Positions 29,618-40,223 are shown, counted from the stretch's first letter. The stretch is DNA of 64,000 nt from Candidatus Latescibacterota bacterium (GCA_965208835.1 OZ242358.1:3264001-3328000); one strand, 5' to 3'. Notes: a model not told the origin generated them from the letters alone. Program-made: numbers and translations.

Positions 29618-30514
29618 TCAGATAGCTTCAATGGCGCGGTCAAGCCTGCTGTGTATTTCCCCCGTCTCAGCAAGTTCCAGACTTGCCACTGCCCACGAAG
29701 GAAACCCGGGGCGTCGAAAAGCCTCGACGAGAGCACACAAAGGGGCGACCAGTTCGTCCAGGACTTCCTCCCTGGAATCGGTCTCGCCGTACGCAGATCG
29801 GAATGCATCCGCGGCGTCTGGCCCAAGAGAGCCAGTTACGTTTCTGCAATCCGAATATCGCATTCCCAACCCGAGAAGGTGAAAGTCGAACACTACGGCC
29901 CTGATTGGTCGTTCGTTCCGGGACAAAGCCAGGTTCGTCCAATGAAAGTCATTGAAAGTCAGCGTCTCAGCAGAAGACATCACTGCATTCCTGACTCTGT
30001 CGATATTGCCGGCGAGTATGGACCACTTTTTCTTGTCCGAGCCCCCGATCCTGGCGGCAACTTCCATGATCGACGCAGGCGTCAGCGCGTCGATCTCACG
30101 CCGCAAGAACGAAGATCGGTGGTCGACTCCCAACCGGACGGCCGAGTCCGCATTGTGAAGTGTGCGATACCATTCCGCAAGAGCGACGCCAACTTCAGGT
30201 TTCCCGATATCTTCCTCATGAGCAAGCCTGAGATGATCGCTGACGTCAAGATCCTCGAGTAGTAGCGCATCATCCGTCCTCGCAATGACACGGACGGTGG
30301 GAACCTCAAGATCCTCGAGGAGCGAGTACGCACATATTTCCCTCGATGCCTCCGCCTCTCCGAATACCTTGAGAATGTACGGGGAACCTTCAAGATTGAT
30401 CCGGAACAGGCGGTTTCCATGTTTCTTCCTGATTGGATCGACATTGTCCAGACGGGCGGTTTCAAAGCCCATATTCTCCAGGCTGGCACGGGCGATTTCA
30501 GTGGAATCCGTCAA
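29618..30514 (-). CDS. Phosphotransferase (APH/choline kinase-like)
   Basis: YILKVF, TFNDFHWTNLA and FDF. Start codon uncertain. Confidence 0.75.
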   Translation of the reverse strand: MTDSTEIARASLENMGFETARLDNVDPIRKKHGNRLFRINLEGSPYILKVFGEAEASREICAYSLLEDLEVPTVRVIARTDDALLLEDLDVSDHLRLAHEEDIGKPEVGVALAEWYRTLHNADSAVRLGVDHRSSFLRREIDALTPASIMEVAARIGGSDKKKWSILAGNIDRVRNAVMSSAETLTFNDFHWTNLALSRNERPIRAVVFDFHLLGLGMRYSDCRNVTGSLGPDAADAFRSAYGETDSREEVLDELVAPLCALVEAFRRPGFPSWAVASLELAETGEIHSRLDRAIEAI

Positions 30515-30581
30515 ATCGTCGATCCCCAGGTGTCGTCTGAGAGGCGCAGACCGCAGCCGTGTTATTGGCACGCCGCCGTCG

Positions 30582-31526
30582 CTACTTCGCCGCGGTCGTA
30601 TCGTGGCCGGCCAATTCATCCAGCAACTCTGTTGCCGACTTCTGGTTTCCTTAGATAAAAACTGCGGCCATCGCGCCGCGGCCGTGGATTGCGTGAAGCA
30701 GGTTGTCGATCTCGATCATCTGCGCCTGAGGGGTCTTTGAGGTTTTCCATCGTGACACAAAAGAACGTATTACCGCAGTATTTCCGGTGCGTATGTTCGC
30801 ATCACTATGTTCCTGGCGCCACGCGTGCCAGGTGAACGTGTGGCCGCACTCGCCGCATTCCAGATGCTCGTCCTTCGTTCTCAGCATCCAGGCAAACGCG
30901 CGCCACGGGAGTTCGTATCGGCAATGAGCGCATTTGAAAGCACCCTCACGTCGAACGCCCGATTTGCCGCATCTCGGACACTTCAATTCACCCGATTCAC
31001 CTTCAGAAGTCGCCTGAATCGGCTTTGGTTTTTCCCGTTTCGGACGCCGGATGATATCTCCGCAATGCGGGCAGGGTAGCCTGGTCTGCCGCTTTGGCGA
31101 TTTGCTGTACACATTCCACTCCCACGATCTGTTACATCGAGCACAAGAAAGCGTGTTTGTGGCGTAGTGCCACTGCAACGTGTCCCAGCAGCGGAGGCAC
31201 CTGGGCTTCTTCGTCAGCGGACTCGCACATTCCGGCCACGATGTGGATTGGCCGCAGGACGGACAAGGAAAACGCCAGGTTCGCGCCTCCTCGGCTTCTC
31301 TGGTCTGGAGCTGCCGGCTGTGTATCGAGCGATGGACAATGGATCGACATTTGTCGCAGGTGACTTCTCCTCGGAGGGCGCGATGAAACGCCAGCACATC
31401 CTGCGCGCGGGCGAAGAGGCCCCATCCGACCTCAAGAAGAAGCTCATCGTCGCAGATACCCTGCCGGTCCAGCATATACAATCGGCGAATACGCCACGGT
31501 TTTACTCGAGACGAGGTCATGTCCAT
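30582..31526 (-). pseudogene. Multi-CxxC zinc-ribbon protein with an in-frame TAA (30651-30653) near the C-terminus
   Basis: Eight CxxC motifs. The frame continues after the TAA as GNQKSATELLDELAGHDTTAAK. It may instead be functional as the 291-aa form. Confidence 0.6.
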
Positions 31527-31537
31527 TTACGTCTTTC

Positions 31538-31918
31538 TCAGCCACCTTGAACCTGCGTATTGGCGTAGAAGTTGACGATGTTGCGATCCGGATCGCGAAA
31601 CCAGACGGACCGGCGACCCCATGGTTGGGTCGTGGGCGGTTTGACGATTTCGACGTTCATGTCGGTCAATCGCTGGTATTCCCTGTCGACGTCCTCAACC
31701 TCGAACTCGATCGTATACCTGCCGGTTCCCGCTCCTCTCAGGCTTCCAGGAGCCATCTTCTCCGTGCCTTCCGCAGAGTAAATCGACAGGACTGCGCCCT
31801 CTGTCGGGATGATCTCGAAGATATTCGCTTCTTCAGGTTCAAGCTTCAAGATTTCCCTGTAGAAGGCGCTCAATCGAGGCACATTGTCTGTAACGATACA
31901 GATGCCATTAAATCGCAC
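31538..31918 (-). CDS. VOC family protein
   Basis: FEVEDVD and PWGRRSVWFRDPDRN. Confidence 0.9.
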   Translation of the reverse strand: MRFNGICIVTDNVPRLSAFYREILKLEPEEANIFEIIPTEGAVLSIYSAEGTEKMAPGSLRGAGTGRYTIEFEVEDVDREYQRLTDMNVEIVKPPTTQPWGRRSVWFRDPDRNIVNFYANTQVQGG

Positions 31919-31987
31919 TGCGAACCTCCGTCTGTCTTTGCGAAATTCCGCCTGCCGCCGCGAAACCGTCGAAGCGATAAGAGTATA

Positions 31988-32145
31988 ACAATAAGATTTC
32001 GATGCAAGATGCGTTCATGTTTGATAATGCCGCTTGCATTCGAAAATGCGTTGAAATCCCCCCACCGCATCAGCCGTCGCCGGCCCTTCGACAGGCTCAG
32101 GGAACGGCTCGACTTCTGCGACTACCCCTCAAGGGGGGAGTGATT
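31988..32145. repeat. Composite MITE/REP-like element, copy 2 (shortest)
   Basis: Homologous to 8027-8380 and 39889-40223. Confidence 0.8.
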
Positions 32146-32235
32146 TGATCACTAAGCTGGCGCTCGCATTCCCTGTCACCTATCTGGTTGCGGCTGAGCA
32201 GAGCGAAGCCGCGCCAGGCGCAGAACACCGAACAC

Positions 32236-33048
32236 TCACGCCTCGATCACTGGTCCCCAATCCGGAGCGAAATCGTTGGCCTGACTGTTGGATATGTTGA
32301 TCAGGTTCCCGCCGTCGAAATCGACCCGGTAAATCTGTTGGCGGCCGTCCTCTTTGGCTGTAAAGACGATTCGCTCGCCGGTCGGAGACCACGAAATCTC
32401 GCCAACGCCACCTTCAAGATTCGTGAGGCGTCTGGGATCGGACCCGTCTGCATTCATCACGTAGACCTGCGTGTCACCGTCGCGGTCCGATTTGAAGGCA
32501 ATCCACCTGCCGTCCGGCGACCATGCAGGACCGTCGTCGTCGCTCTGCGAAACGTGCAGCCGCCGCTGGCCGCTGCCGTCGGGGTCCATGACGTATATCT
32601 GCGACTTTCCATCGCGGTCCGTCGTGAACGCAATCTGAAAGCCGTCGGGAGAGTAAGTCGACTCGAGTTCGCGCGCCGGACGATCGGTCAGGTTTCGCTG
32701 GTTGGAGCCGTCGCGGTTCATCGCGTAGATCTCCACGTTGTCGTCTCGATCGGTGGTAAAGATGATCGTCTGCCCATCCGGCGACCAGTGCGGACGTAGA
32801 TCCGGAGCTGAATTACGGGTCAGTCGTCTCGGTCGGCTTCCGTCTGCATCGATCAAATAGATTTCTCCTTTGCCGTGACGGCGGTCGCAGTACGCGATGC
32901 AGTCTCCGTCGGGCGACCATCGCGGATGATCTTCCTCCCACCCGTCGGTACGGGTAATGTTCGTCTGATCGCTTCCGTCCGGGTTCATTACGAAGAGATC
33001 GAAGGTCCCATCCCGATCGCTGACGAACGCGATCTTCGAAGCTTTCAC
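32236..33048 (-). CDS. TolB-like PD40 (WD40-like) repeat protein
   Basis: Repeated P-x-WSPDG..IAF.SDRDG..IY.M. Confidence 0.9.
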   Translation of the reverse strand: MKASKIAFVSDRDGTFDLFVMNPDGSDQTNITRTDGWEEDHPRWSPDGDCIAYCDRRHGKGEIYLIDADGSRPRRLTRNSAPDLRPHWSPDGQTIIFTTDRDDNVEIYAMNRDGSNQRNLTDRPARELESTYSPDGFQIAFTTDRDGKSQIYVMDPDGSGQRRLHVSQSDDDGPAWSPDGRWIAFKSDRDGDTQVYVMNADGSDPRRLTNLEGGVGEISWSPTGERIVFTAKEDGRQQIYRVDFDGGNLINISNSQANDFAPDWGPVIEA

Positions 33049-33202
33049 AGGTGTACTCTCTCAGACGGTTGGTGTCAAATTGGGGCCCGGAAAACGTCCG
33101 GTTCGGCCCGGGAGCGAGGGCAGACTGTCTTCGGTCGCACGGCGCCCGTGGCCGATTTGGAATAATTCGGAAACGACGATTGTGGACAGGTGTGAACGGA
33201 GC

Positions 33203-33883
33203 TTATGCCTCGTGTTTCCTCAGCACGAGAAGCTCATCTTCCGTCGAAGCTTCGAGCGTAAAATTGAAACGGTTGACATCCACGCACATGTCGACGTCTC
33301 GTGGATTTATGCCCGGGTAGCCCTCTGCTGCTGCCTGACGGATATCGATCGCCGCCCTGGATTCGGATGCTCTGCGAAGGTACGGGGCCGGATCGGTTCC
33401 GGGATCTCGAATAAGTGCATCGATATATTCGGCGCAGGAGAGATCCTCTTCAGCCGTTCCGTCCTCGCCAGTTACCACATAGGTCAATTCATCGGGCACC
33501 AGATTGCGTAATCTCCGGGCGACTGCCGATGCGCAGACGAAGCCCGTGCAGATCAATGGCCTGCAGTGGCGGACGGCAACGGCGCCGATCGTTCCGGCGG
33601 TTGTCCGCTGCACGATGGTCTTGCCAAGGATATCCGCTCCCTGAAGGTCGGCGGGCGAATTGTACAGATCGAAACCCTCAGCCGGCGCGCCGTCCTTCAA
33701 TGCCAGAGATCCTGGAAATCGCGACTTGAGTTCAATGGCTTCTTCGAGCTCCTTGACCAGAATCATACGAGCGGCGCCAAGATGCAAGGCCCAGGCGGCG
33801 ACGGTATACGCCCGCATCACGTCGATGACAACCGCGGCACCCGAGACCGAGTCACACTCACCGATTCCTACAAACCTTGCCAT
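33203..33883 (-). CDS. 2-phosphosulfolactate phosphatase family (ComB-like)
   Basis: VVIDVMRAYT, GFDLYNSP, TTAGT and EDLSCA. Confidence 0.85.
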   Translation of the reverse strand: MARFVGIGECDSVSGAAVVIDVMRAYTVAAWALHLGAARMILVKELEEAIELKSRFPGSLALKDGAPAEGFDLYNSPADLQGADILGKTIVQRTTAGTIGAVAVRHCRPLICTGFVCASAVARRLRNLVPDELTYVVTGEDGTAEEDLSCAEYIDALIRDPGTDPAPYLRRASESRAAIDIRQAAAEGYPGINPRDVDMCVDVNRFNFTLEASTEDELLVLRKHEA

Positions 33884-33895
33884 GAAATAGTCCCT

Positions 33896-34717
33896 TCAAT
33901 GAACGCGTTCCGGATATGGATTCTCGGGAAGTCTAACTCCCCCTACCCAGGCTACATGGTGTGTGGTCTCGATTTCACCGGATGATGTCGTGTTGCGTTC
34001 AGCGAACAGTTTCAGGCGAGGGTCATCACAACTCGGAAGGGTTCCTCCGGCCCATGCCCAGATGGAACATTGGAACTGCAGCCATTCGTAGACATCCGGA
34101 TAGATTCTCTTTTCGACGACGTCGGCTGCAAGACGAATCCCTACACCGCTCCTCTCCATAGAGACCCGCATCTGGTCCTGAACCGTGATCGTCTGAGACA
34201 GCCGTGTGCTATTTCCAAAGACTTCCTTCACCTCTTGATGGTGCAGCTCCCCTATCAGTTCACAGAAGATGAAACCGCCCGGCTTCAGGACACGCAATGC
34301 AGCATTAACACCGAAGCTGTCATACCCGATGGGCGCGCGTTCGGAGTAGACGAAGTCGAAGGACTCGGGCTCCAGGACACGACCATCCGCGAGAAAATCG
34401 AGACGCTTGAACTCTACGTTTTGTACTTGTCTCGCTGCCCGGTCTTTTTCAGCCAGTTCGACGTGGCTGGGGTCGTTGTCGACCCCGAGCGCCGAGCCAA
34501 GGCGATCCGCATTCAGCAGAAGCGTCACACCGTTACCGCAACCGATGTCCAGCACCCGCATCTCCCGGCGAAACCGCGAAGCGATAACCTCGCTGGTCCG
34601 GGGCGCAATATGTCCGTCGGTGCGGTACTTCGCCGGCTTCGAGCCGTAGAAGGAGTGTTCCTGATTCAGGATCGACTTCAGACGGTCCCGGTCAAATTCC
34701 ACAGATCGAATCTCCAA
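33896..34717 (-). CDS. Class I SAM-dependent methyltransferase
   Basis: VLDIGCGNG and RVLKPGG. Confidence 0.88.
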   Translation of the reverse strand: MEIRSVEFDRDRLKSILNQEHSFYGSKPAKYRTDGHIAPRTSEVIASRFRREMRVLDIGCGNGVTLLLNADRLGSALGVDNDPSHVELAEKDRAARQVQNVEFKRLDFLADGRVLEPESFDFVYSERAPIGYDSFGVNAALRVLKPGGFIFCELIGELHHQEVKEVFGNSTRLSQTITVQDQMRVSMERSGVGIRLAADVVEKRIYPDVYEWLQFQCSIWAWAGGTLPSCDDPRLKLFAERNTTSSGEIETTHHVAWVGGVRLPENPYPERVH

Positions 34718-34780
34718 TCGTTCGTCGCGGAACTGAAGTCGCGAAAGGGATCAGACGTTTGTCGCGTCAAAAAGACCTAA

Positions 34781-35446
34781 CTATGACGGTTCGTTTCGAA
34801 TAGAGAAGAAATACGGATGCGCTTCTTTCTGTCCATCATCGGCCGCAATCCCGCCTCCAACGATACCTTCCTGTTCAATCTCAAACCCGGTTTCAGCGAG
34901 AATCTTCCTGTACGTTCCGGGCCCAAAGTTGCTCCAATACATGGTTTCGCCGAGGAAGTCATCCTCAGTGTATCCGGGCCCGTCATCTTTCGGTGCAACC
35001 GTAAACAGAAGGAGTCCGCCCGGCCTGAGCCATCGCGCGAACCGCCGAAAGAGTTCTCGATGCTCCTGTCTCGGAATATGGAAGATCGCGTAGTAGCTGA
35101 CAATTGCATCGAAGCAGGCCGCGGGGAATCCGGTTTCCAGAACGTCGGCGCGGATGAACGTGGCTGAAGGGACATTTTTTCTCGCCATACCGATCATGCT
35201 CGATGAGATATCGACCCCGGTAACTTCCAATTTATCAGCCAGTTGACGCGATACGGGAATGCCCGCGCCGCACCCGACGTCAAGGACTCCGGAGCCCGGC
35301 GCAAGGCGTTCTTCGATCAGATTGAGTTCCACACCGGCCGCGGGACTTCGCTGGTTCGCATAGTCCATCGCGCATCGGTCGTAGGCCGCCCTGACAAACG
35401 CTCGATAATCGGTTTCGGGATCGTTTGCAATCTTTAATGACATCAC
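34781..35446 (-). CDS. Class I SAM-dependent methyltransferase
   Basis: VLDVGCGAG and WLRPGG. Confidence 0.9.
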   Translation of the reverse strand: MMSLKIANDPETDYRAFVRAAYDRCAMDYANQRSPAAGVELNLIEERLAPGSGVLDVGCGAGIPVSRQLADKLEVTGVDISSSMIGMARKNVPSATFIRADVLETGFPAACFDAIVSYYAIFHIPRQEHRELFRRFARWLRPGGLLLFTVAPKDDGPGYTEDDFLGETMYWSNFGPGTYRKILAETGFEIEQEGIVGGGIAADDGQKEAHPYFFSIRNEPS

Positions 35447-35469
35447 ACCTGCCCAAAAACGGATTTGAT

Positions 35470-35650
35470 TAACTGCGAAAAGACGAATAGACGAGAATAC
35501 GAAACGGCGAAAAGGCGAAACTACGAATTACACGAATAAATGCGAATAACACCAGAAAACGAAAGACGAAACGGCGAATAGACTAAAAACCAGAAAAAAG
35601 GCTGAAAGACAAAAGCATAACTACGAATGGCGCGAATTTACACGAAAAAG
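35470..35650. repeat. A-rich tract of short CGAA(A/T) direct repeats
   Basis: Recurrent ACGAAA/GCGAAT/ACACGAA units, for example CTACGAATTACACGAAT. Confidence 0.65.
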
Positions 35651-35711
35651 ACGGTGGTGATAGTCGTCCGCAGCCATTGGCGAAACGAGTCGGTCCTGCC
35701 TTCGCGAAGAC

Positions 35712-35826
35712 TGTCATCCTGAGGACTTGCCCTGCTTGTGCTGAGCCTGTCGAAGCAAGCCTGCGGTCCCTGAGCTTGGCGAAGGGTCGAAGGGGCCCCC
35801 AGGCCAACGAAGGATCTACTGCAGCA
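35712..35826. repeat. Nested REP element (inverted relative of 17661/18579)
   Basis: TGTCATCCTGAGGACTTGCCCTG...CGAAGGATCTACTGCAGCA with nested CTGAGCyTGnCGAAG units. Confidence 0.7.
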
Positions 35827-36029
35827 TCGGATCATTCACGTGGGATTTTCACGTGTCGATACCTGAGAGGCAGCACGTCCGCCCGCAGCACGGGACGGAG
35901 GCGGCGAGAGATTTTTCGACATCTCTCAGAATGACATGCGTTGCAACAAACACCGACTGATGACCACCCGGTTTTCGTCATCCGGGTCGGACCTGTACAA
36001 AATCGCCAATTGAAGCCGCTTTTCGAGCC

Positions 36030-36122
36030 TAACCTTGATTCGCAAGTCATCGGGGACGTTAATTCGAATATGTGCTTGTAAATAAAGGCGATTAAACAGC
36101 GGATTACCAGGATACACCAGGT
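36030..36122. repeat. Dispersed ~90-bp repeat (inverted copy at 47309-47400)
   Basis: ATAAAGGCGATTAAACwGCGGATTACCAGGATACACC shared almost exactly. Confidence 0.75.
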
Positions 36123-36265
36123 CACTGGACGTGAACGGAAAAAACGTCATTCTATACGTCGATATTGCCCCGTTTCGGAGGGTTCTATCGCGTCGCCGCG
36201 TTGCTGTTTTCTTCGGATTGAGGCTAATCTCTGAAAATCCGAAGGTTCCTGGACACCAGTCTCCA

Positions 36266-38635
36266 TTACTCTTCACGAATGGCGTCTACGGGATTCAGCC
36301 TGGCCGCCCGAAGGGTTTGTCCGGCGACAATAAACATAACGATCGATAGAGAAAGCAACGTCGAATAAACAAACACATCCGCACCCATCTGAACTCGATA
36401 GGAGAAATCCAGAAGCCATAGGGACATCACATAATATGCGACAGGCCACGCCAGGAAACCGGCCACGAGACCCATGGGTGCGAACTTTCTCAATTGCATC
36501 GCCACAACCCGCCATTTCGATGCCCCCAGAACTCGACGAATGCCAATCTGTTTCTTGTCCCGTTCAACCGTCGATTTGACGAATCCCGCCAGACCGATTC
36601 CGGCCAACATCAGCGTGATGGAAACGCAAATGCCGACGATTTTCTTTAACGCGTGTTCTTCCGAGTACAATCGTTCGAACCGATCTGTCAGGAATCCGCT
36701 ATTCGACGGGAATGCCGTCCGGGGCGCAACTCGTGACCATGTCTGATGAATCCAGTCTACTGCATCGTCTGTACGTTCCGGATGGATTCTTGCCAGAATG
36801 GGGGCGCTACTTTCAACGAGGAAGATGCCAAGTGGTTCGACCGGATTTTGCTGTGACATGAAATGAAAATCCTCGACCACCCCCACAACGGTTCGACGTT
36901 TCCTCCACCAGGTGATTTCCTCCCCGATCGGCGAGTTCAATCCCAGCAGCCTTACCGCAGTTTCATTGAGAAGGCACGTGCGTTGATAATCATCCTGGAT
37001 CGAGAAATCTCTTCCTTGTTTGATTTCAATGCCCAGGGTCTCCAGGTAGCGACGACTCGCCGGGAGACTCCGGATGGATATATTGCCAGTAACTGAACGA
37101 CCTCGCGCCGTGTAGCTTTGCAGATTCCCTCCCGGGATGCCGCCGGATGCAACATCGAGAATGGATGGCGATCGTTTCAACTCCCGCTCAATCGTCAACC
37201 GTTGAGAAGCCGACAACCCCGGAGTCGAAAAATAGAAGACCTGTTCGGGCGACAGACCCAGTTTCTTCTTGTCGACGTGGTCCAGCTGCAAGTATACGAT
37301 TGAAGCAACAATCAGCAGAAGTGTGGAAATCCCAACCTGAAACAGGAACAGCACATTCCGCAACCACGCTGCCGTTCTGAATGCCAATCTGCCTTCCACG
37401 ATATTTGCGGGCTGTGCCCTGTGCAGCCAGAGAGCTGGAGACGTCCCAACTCCAACGAACAGAAGGAGGAGAAGCACGAAGCATGCTGCGATCACGCCGG
37501 CAACCTGTTCAAACTCGTAAGCCTGGACCGTGAGCGTGACGCGATTCAACCAGGGCAGACACAAAGTCGCGATCGTGACAGAAGCCAGCAGCACTATTGT
37601 GACGATCAAGAGAGAATCTGCCGCTATCTGAAAAACCGGTTCGGATCGCCTTGCCCCAAAAACCCTTCTGGCTCCAATTTCCCTCGAGCGGTCCAGAAAT
37701 CGGGCCGTGTTGAAATTCACAACATTGGTACAGACACCGGCCAAAATGAAAATTGCCAGGACTGCAGGGACGTAGATATAGACGGATCGGCTGAGACTCA
37801 CGTTGGCCGAAAACTGTTGATTCTGCGATGGGTCAAGATGGATATCCGTCAATGGCTGGAGAGAGAGCTGAAAGCGTTTGGCATCTCGATTTCCGAAGAA
37901 TCCCCGAATGAATTCGCGTTCCTGCGCAGCGAAGTCACTGGAGGTATCGCCTTCATCAAGCAGCACGTACGTGCAAACGGACATCCAGCGTTTGGAATTA
38001 AAATAGGTCGGGAGATGATTGGTAACACTGTCAATTGAGAACAGATAGTCAAAGGAAATGTGCGAATTGCGGGGAACGTCCTTCAGGACACCGGTTACCG
38101 TCAAGAAATACGATTTGCCCTTGAATTCCCCCGCTTTGATGACCCTTTCCAGTGGATCTTGATTCCCAAACAGCTCTCTCGACAGGGATTCTGTAATTAC
38201 AATTGAAAAGGGCCTTGCGAGCGCAGTCCGTGCGTCTCCCTTGACCAGTGGAAAGGTGAATATATCAAATACGCTGGCATCGACACTGTAACCCGACGCG
38301 CGGATATTGCGGTCCTGGAACTCGACCACTCTGTTAAAGCGGAAAAACCGGACGTAGTCATGGACAAAGGGATATTCTTCAGTCAGACGCGGTCCCATGA
38401 ACCACGCGGACTGATGCCAGATGCGTTCACCGTTATCGAATTTCTGACGCACTGACAGACGGAATATCCTCTCGACATTCTTGTGAAACCTGTCATAGCT
38501 GAGTTCATTCTGTACGTAGACTGCAATCAATAGTACGGCAGCGATACCAATGGCCAGGCTCGAGATGTTTATGGTTGATGCGACCTTGTGTCTTTTCAGG
38601 TTTCGCCACGAAACGATGAGGTGCGATTTCAACAT
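36266..38635 (-). CDS. Duplicated FtsX/MacB-type ABC transporter permease
   Basis: NELSYDRFH, LQPLTDIHL, REIGARRVFGA, IGIRRVLGAS and AARLNPVDAIREE. Confidence 0.9.
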   Translation of the reverse strand: MLKSHLIVSWRNLKRHKVASTINISSLAIGIAAVLLIAVYVQNELSYDRFHKNVERIFRLSVRQKFDNGERIWHQSAWFMGPRLTEEYPFVHDYVRFFRFNRVVEFQDRNIRASGYSVDASVFDIFTFPLVKGDARTALARPFSIVITESLSRELFGNQDPLERVIKAGEFKGKSYFLTVTGVLKDVPRNSHISFDYLFSIDSVTNHLPTYFNSKRWMSVCTYVLLDEGDTSSDFAAQEREFIRGFFGNRDAKRFQLSLQPLTDIHLDPSQNQQFSANVSLSRSVYIYVPAVLAIFILAGVCTNVVNFNTARFLDRSREIGARRVFGARRSEPVFQIAADSLLIVTIVLLASVTIATLCLPWLNRVTLTVQAYEFEQVAGVIAACFVLLLLLFVGVGTSPALWLHRAQPANIVEGRLAFRTAAWLRNVLFLFQVGISTLLLIVASIVYLQLDHVDKKKLGLSPEQVFYFSTPGLSASQRLTIERELKRSPSILDVASGGIPGGNLQSYTARGRSVTGNISIRSLPASRRYLETLGIEIKQGRDFSIQDDYQRTCLLNETAVRLLGLNSPIGEEITWWRKRRTVVGVVEDFHFMSQQNPVEPLGIFLVESSAPILARIHPERTDDAVDWIHQTWSRVAPRTAFPSNSGFLTDRFERLYSEEHALKKIVGICVSITLMLAGIGLAGFVKSTVERDKKQIGIRRVLGASKWRVVAMQLRKFAPMGLVAGFLAWPVAYYVMSLWLLDFSYRVQMGADVFVYSTLLSLSIVMFIVAGQTLRAARLNPVDAIREE

Positions 38636-38738
38636 TCAGTTGCTCATCCTGAAAGACAACTCCAGCGTTTCTTACTCGCCGGATATCTTAGTCACATAGC
38701 GAGTCGGAATTTCGGCGCTGTGTTCCACGGAGTGAGTA

Positions 38739-39107
38739 CTACCCGTTCTTGTCCTGCGCGATACACAGACTGTTACCGTCGGGATCCTCGAAGCTGAACT
38801 CGATATTGCCCCAGCTCTGGTCCCAGAGCTTTCCAACCGCAATACCCGCCTGCCCATACTCCTCGTAGACGGCCGCCGCGTCCTCGACATAGATCTGAAC
38901 CGTACGCTTCCCGGGCGGACCGTCGCCGGGAAACGAGGAGACGACAATGTGGGCCGAATCCCGGACGACACCCATGTAGCACGGGTCCCGCTTTGTCGGG
39001 TCGGGCCGCCACGCGTACACCCGGCGAAACCCGAGCTTTCCGCAGTAGAACTCCTCCGCAGCCACCGAACTCGATATGCCCAGAATTGGTACCGCCTCTT
39101 TGAACAT
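38739..39107 (-). CDS. Glyoxalase/bleomycin-resistance (VOC) protein
   Basis: EFYCGKLGF and WGNIEFSFEDPDGN. Confidence 0.88.
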   Translation of the reverse strand: MFKEAVPILGISSSVAAEEFYCGKLGFRRVYAWRPDPTKRDPCYMGVVRDSAHIVVSSFPGDGPPGKRTVQIYVEDAAAVYEEYGQAGIAVGKLWDQSWGNIEFSFEDPDGNSLCIAQDKNG

Positions 39108-39254
39108 TTCATCGGCTCCATTCGATCTAACGATCACCCTGTCAAAAAGGTACGGAATTACGAACCCGAGCGATCCGTCGGTGGTCCGAGGTCGCGCGAT
39201 AAGGATCATGCTCGCACCGCCCATCCGCGGTCTCTATGAACCTTCCTGTCACGA

Positions 39255-39749
39255 TCAGTCCGACTCCTCGACGGCCAGAGACCGGACCGTCACGGTCGAA
39301 CCCCACCCCGGCCCGATGCAAACGGGACCCGCCAGACCCCGATAATCGATCCGGTGAAACTCATCTCCGCTATCTCCCTGGTTCGTAAACCTGAGTTCAT
39401 CGTCGACAAGAATCCGCATGAAATCCCTTTCGATCACCCAGGATACCTTGACCCAGGTATCCTGGGGAATCCGTCCCTGCCCCCTCACGTGGAACGGATG
39501 ACCATACACCGGTTCGTAGCAGGCCAACTGATCGGGTACGGCTTCCCAGTTCAATATAACGTGCCCCTTCGCGAAATGGAGACGCAGGTTTGTCGAATCC
39601 GTCTTCGCCTCCGCTTCGATCGTCAGCGGTACCTCGTATGCCCCGCGGGTCCGGACGTAGCCATATCCCGATAGAACAAGATGCTCACTGTCGCATTTTG
39701 CGACACATTGGCTGACCGGCAGCATATCGGAGAGTCGGATCACTTCCAT
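39255..39749 (-). CDS. Hypothetical protein (beta-rich)
   Basis: 164-aa ORF with an AAGGA RBS, co-oriented with its neighbours. Confidence 0.65.
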   Translation of the reverse strand: MEVIRLSDMLPVSQCVAKCDSEHLVLSGYGYVRTRGAYEVPLTIEAEAKTDSTNLRLHFAKGHVILNWEAVPDQLACYEPVYGHPFHVRGQGRIPQDTWVKVSWVIERDFMRILVDDELRFTNQGDSGDEFHRIDYRGLAGPVCIGPGWGSTVTVRSLAVEESD

Positions 39750-39888
39750 CGAATGTTCCTTTAAATCTGACCAGCCCCTGGTGCGCGACCACTGATTCCA
39801 TCAACTCGATCCACAGTGGCACGGATCACAATGCCCTATTACGCTGGCACGAGGGACCGGTAGAAGAATTCCCGATTATTCGATTCTT

Positions 39889-40223
39889 ACAACAAGATAT
39901 CTACGCGAGATGCGTGCGTGTTTGGTCATGCCGCTTGCATTCGGTAATGTGTTGAAATCCCCCCACCGAATCAGCCGTCGCCGTCCCCTTCGACATTTCG
40001 ACAGGCTCAATGCAAGCAGGCTCAGCGACAACAGATTCAGGGCAGGTAATGGGTCTCCTGACAACCGCTTAATGACATCCAATGAACTGAATAATGCGTG
40101 GTCATTGAGCTTGTCGAAATGCCCGCCACTTAACAGCCCTTCGACAGGCTCAGGGCAACGCCTTCGTCTAGCATGGGAACCGGCTCGGCTTCTGCGACTC
40201 CCCCTCAAGGGGGGAGTGATTGA
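39889..40223. repeat. Composite MITE/REP-like element, copy 3
   Basis: Homologous to copies 1 and 2. Shares GCGTGGTCATTGAGCTTGTCGAAATGCCCGC with copy 1. Confidence 0.8.

Noticed and set aside
35460-35830. Possible CRISPR array in the repeat-rich spacers (also 8100-8380 and 39960-40220)
   Set aside because: There are no identical repeats at regular spacing with unique spacers, and no cas genes. The units are REP-like or low complexity.
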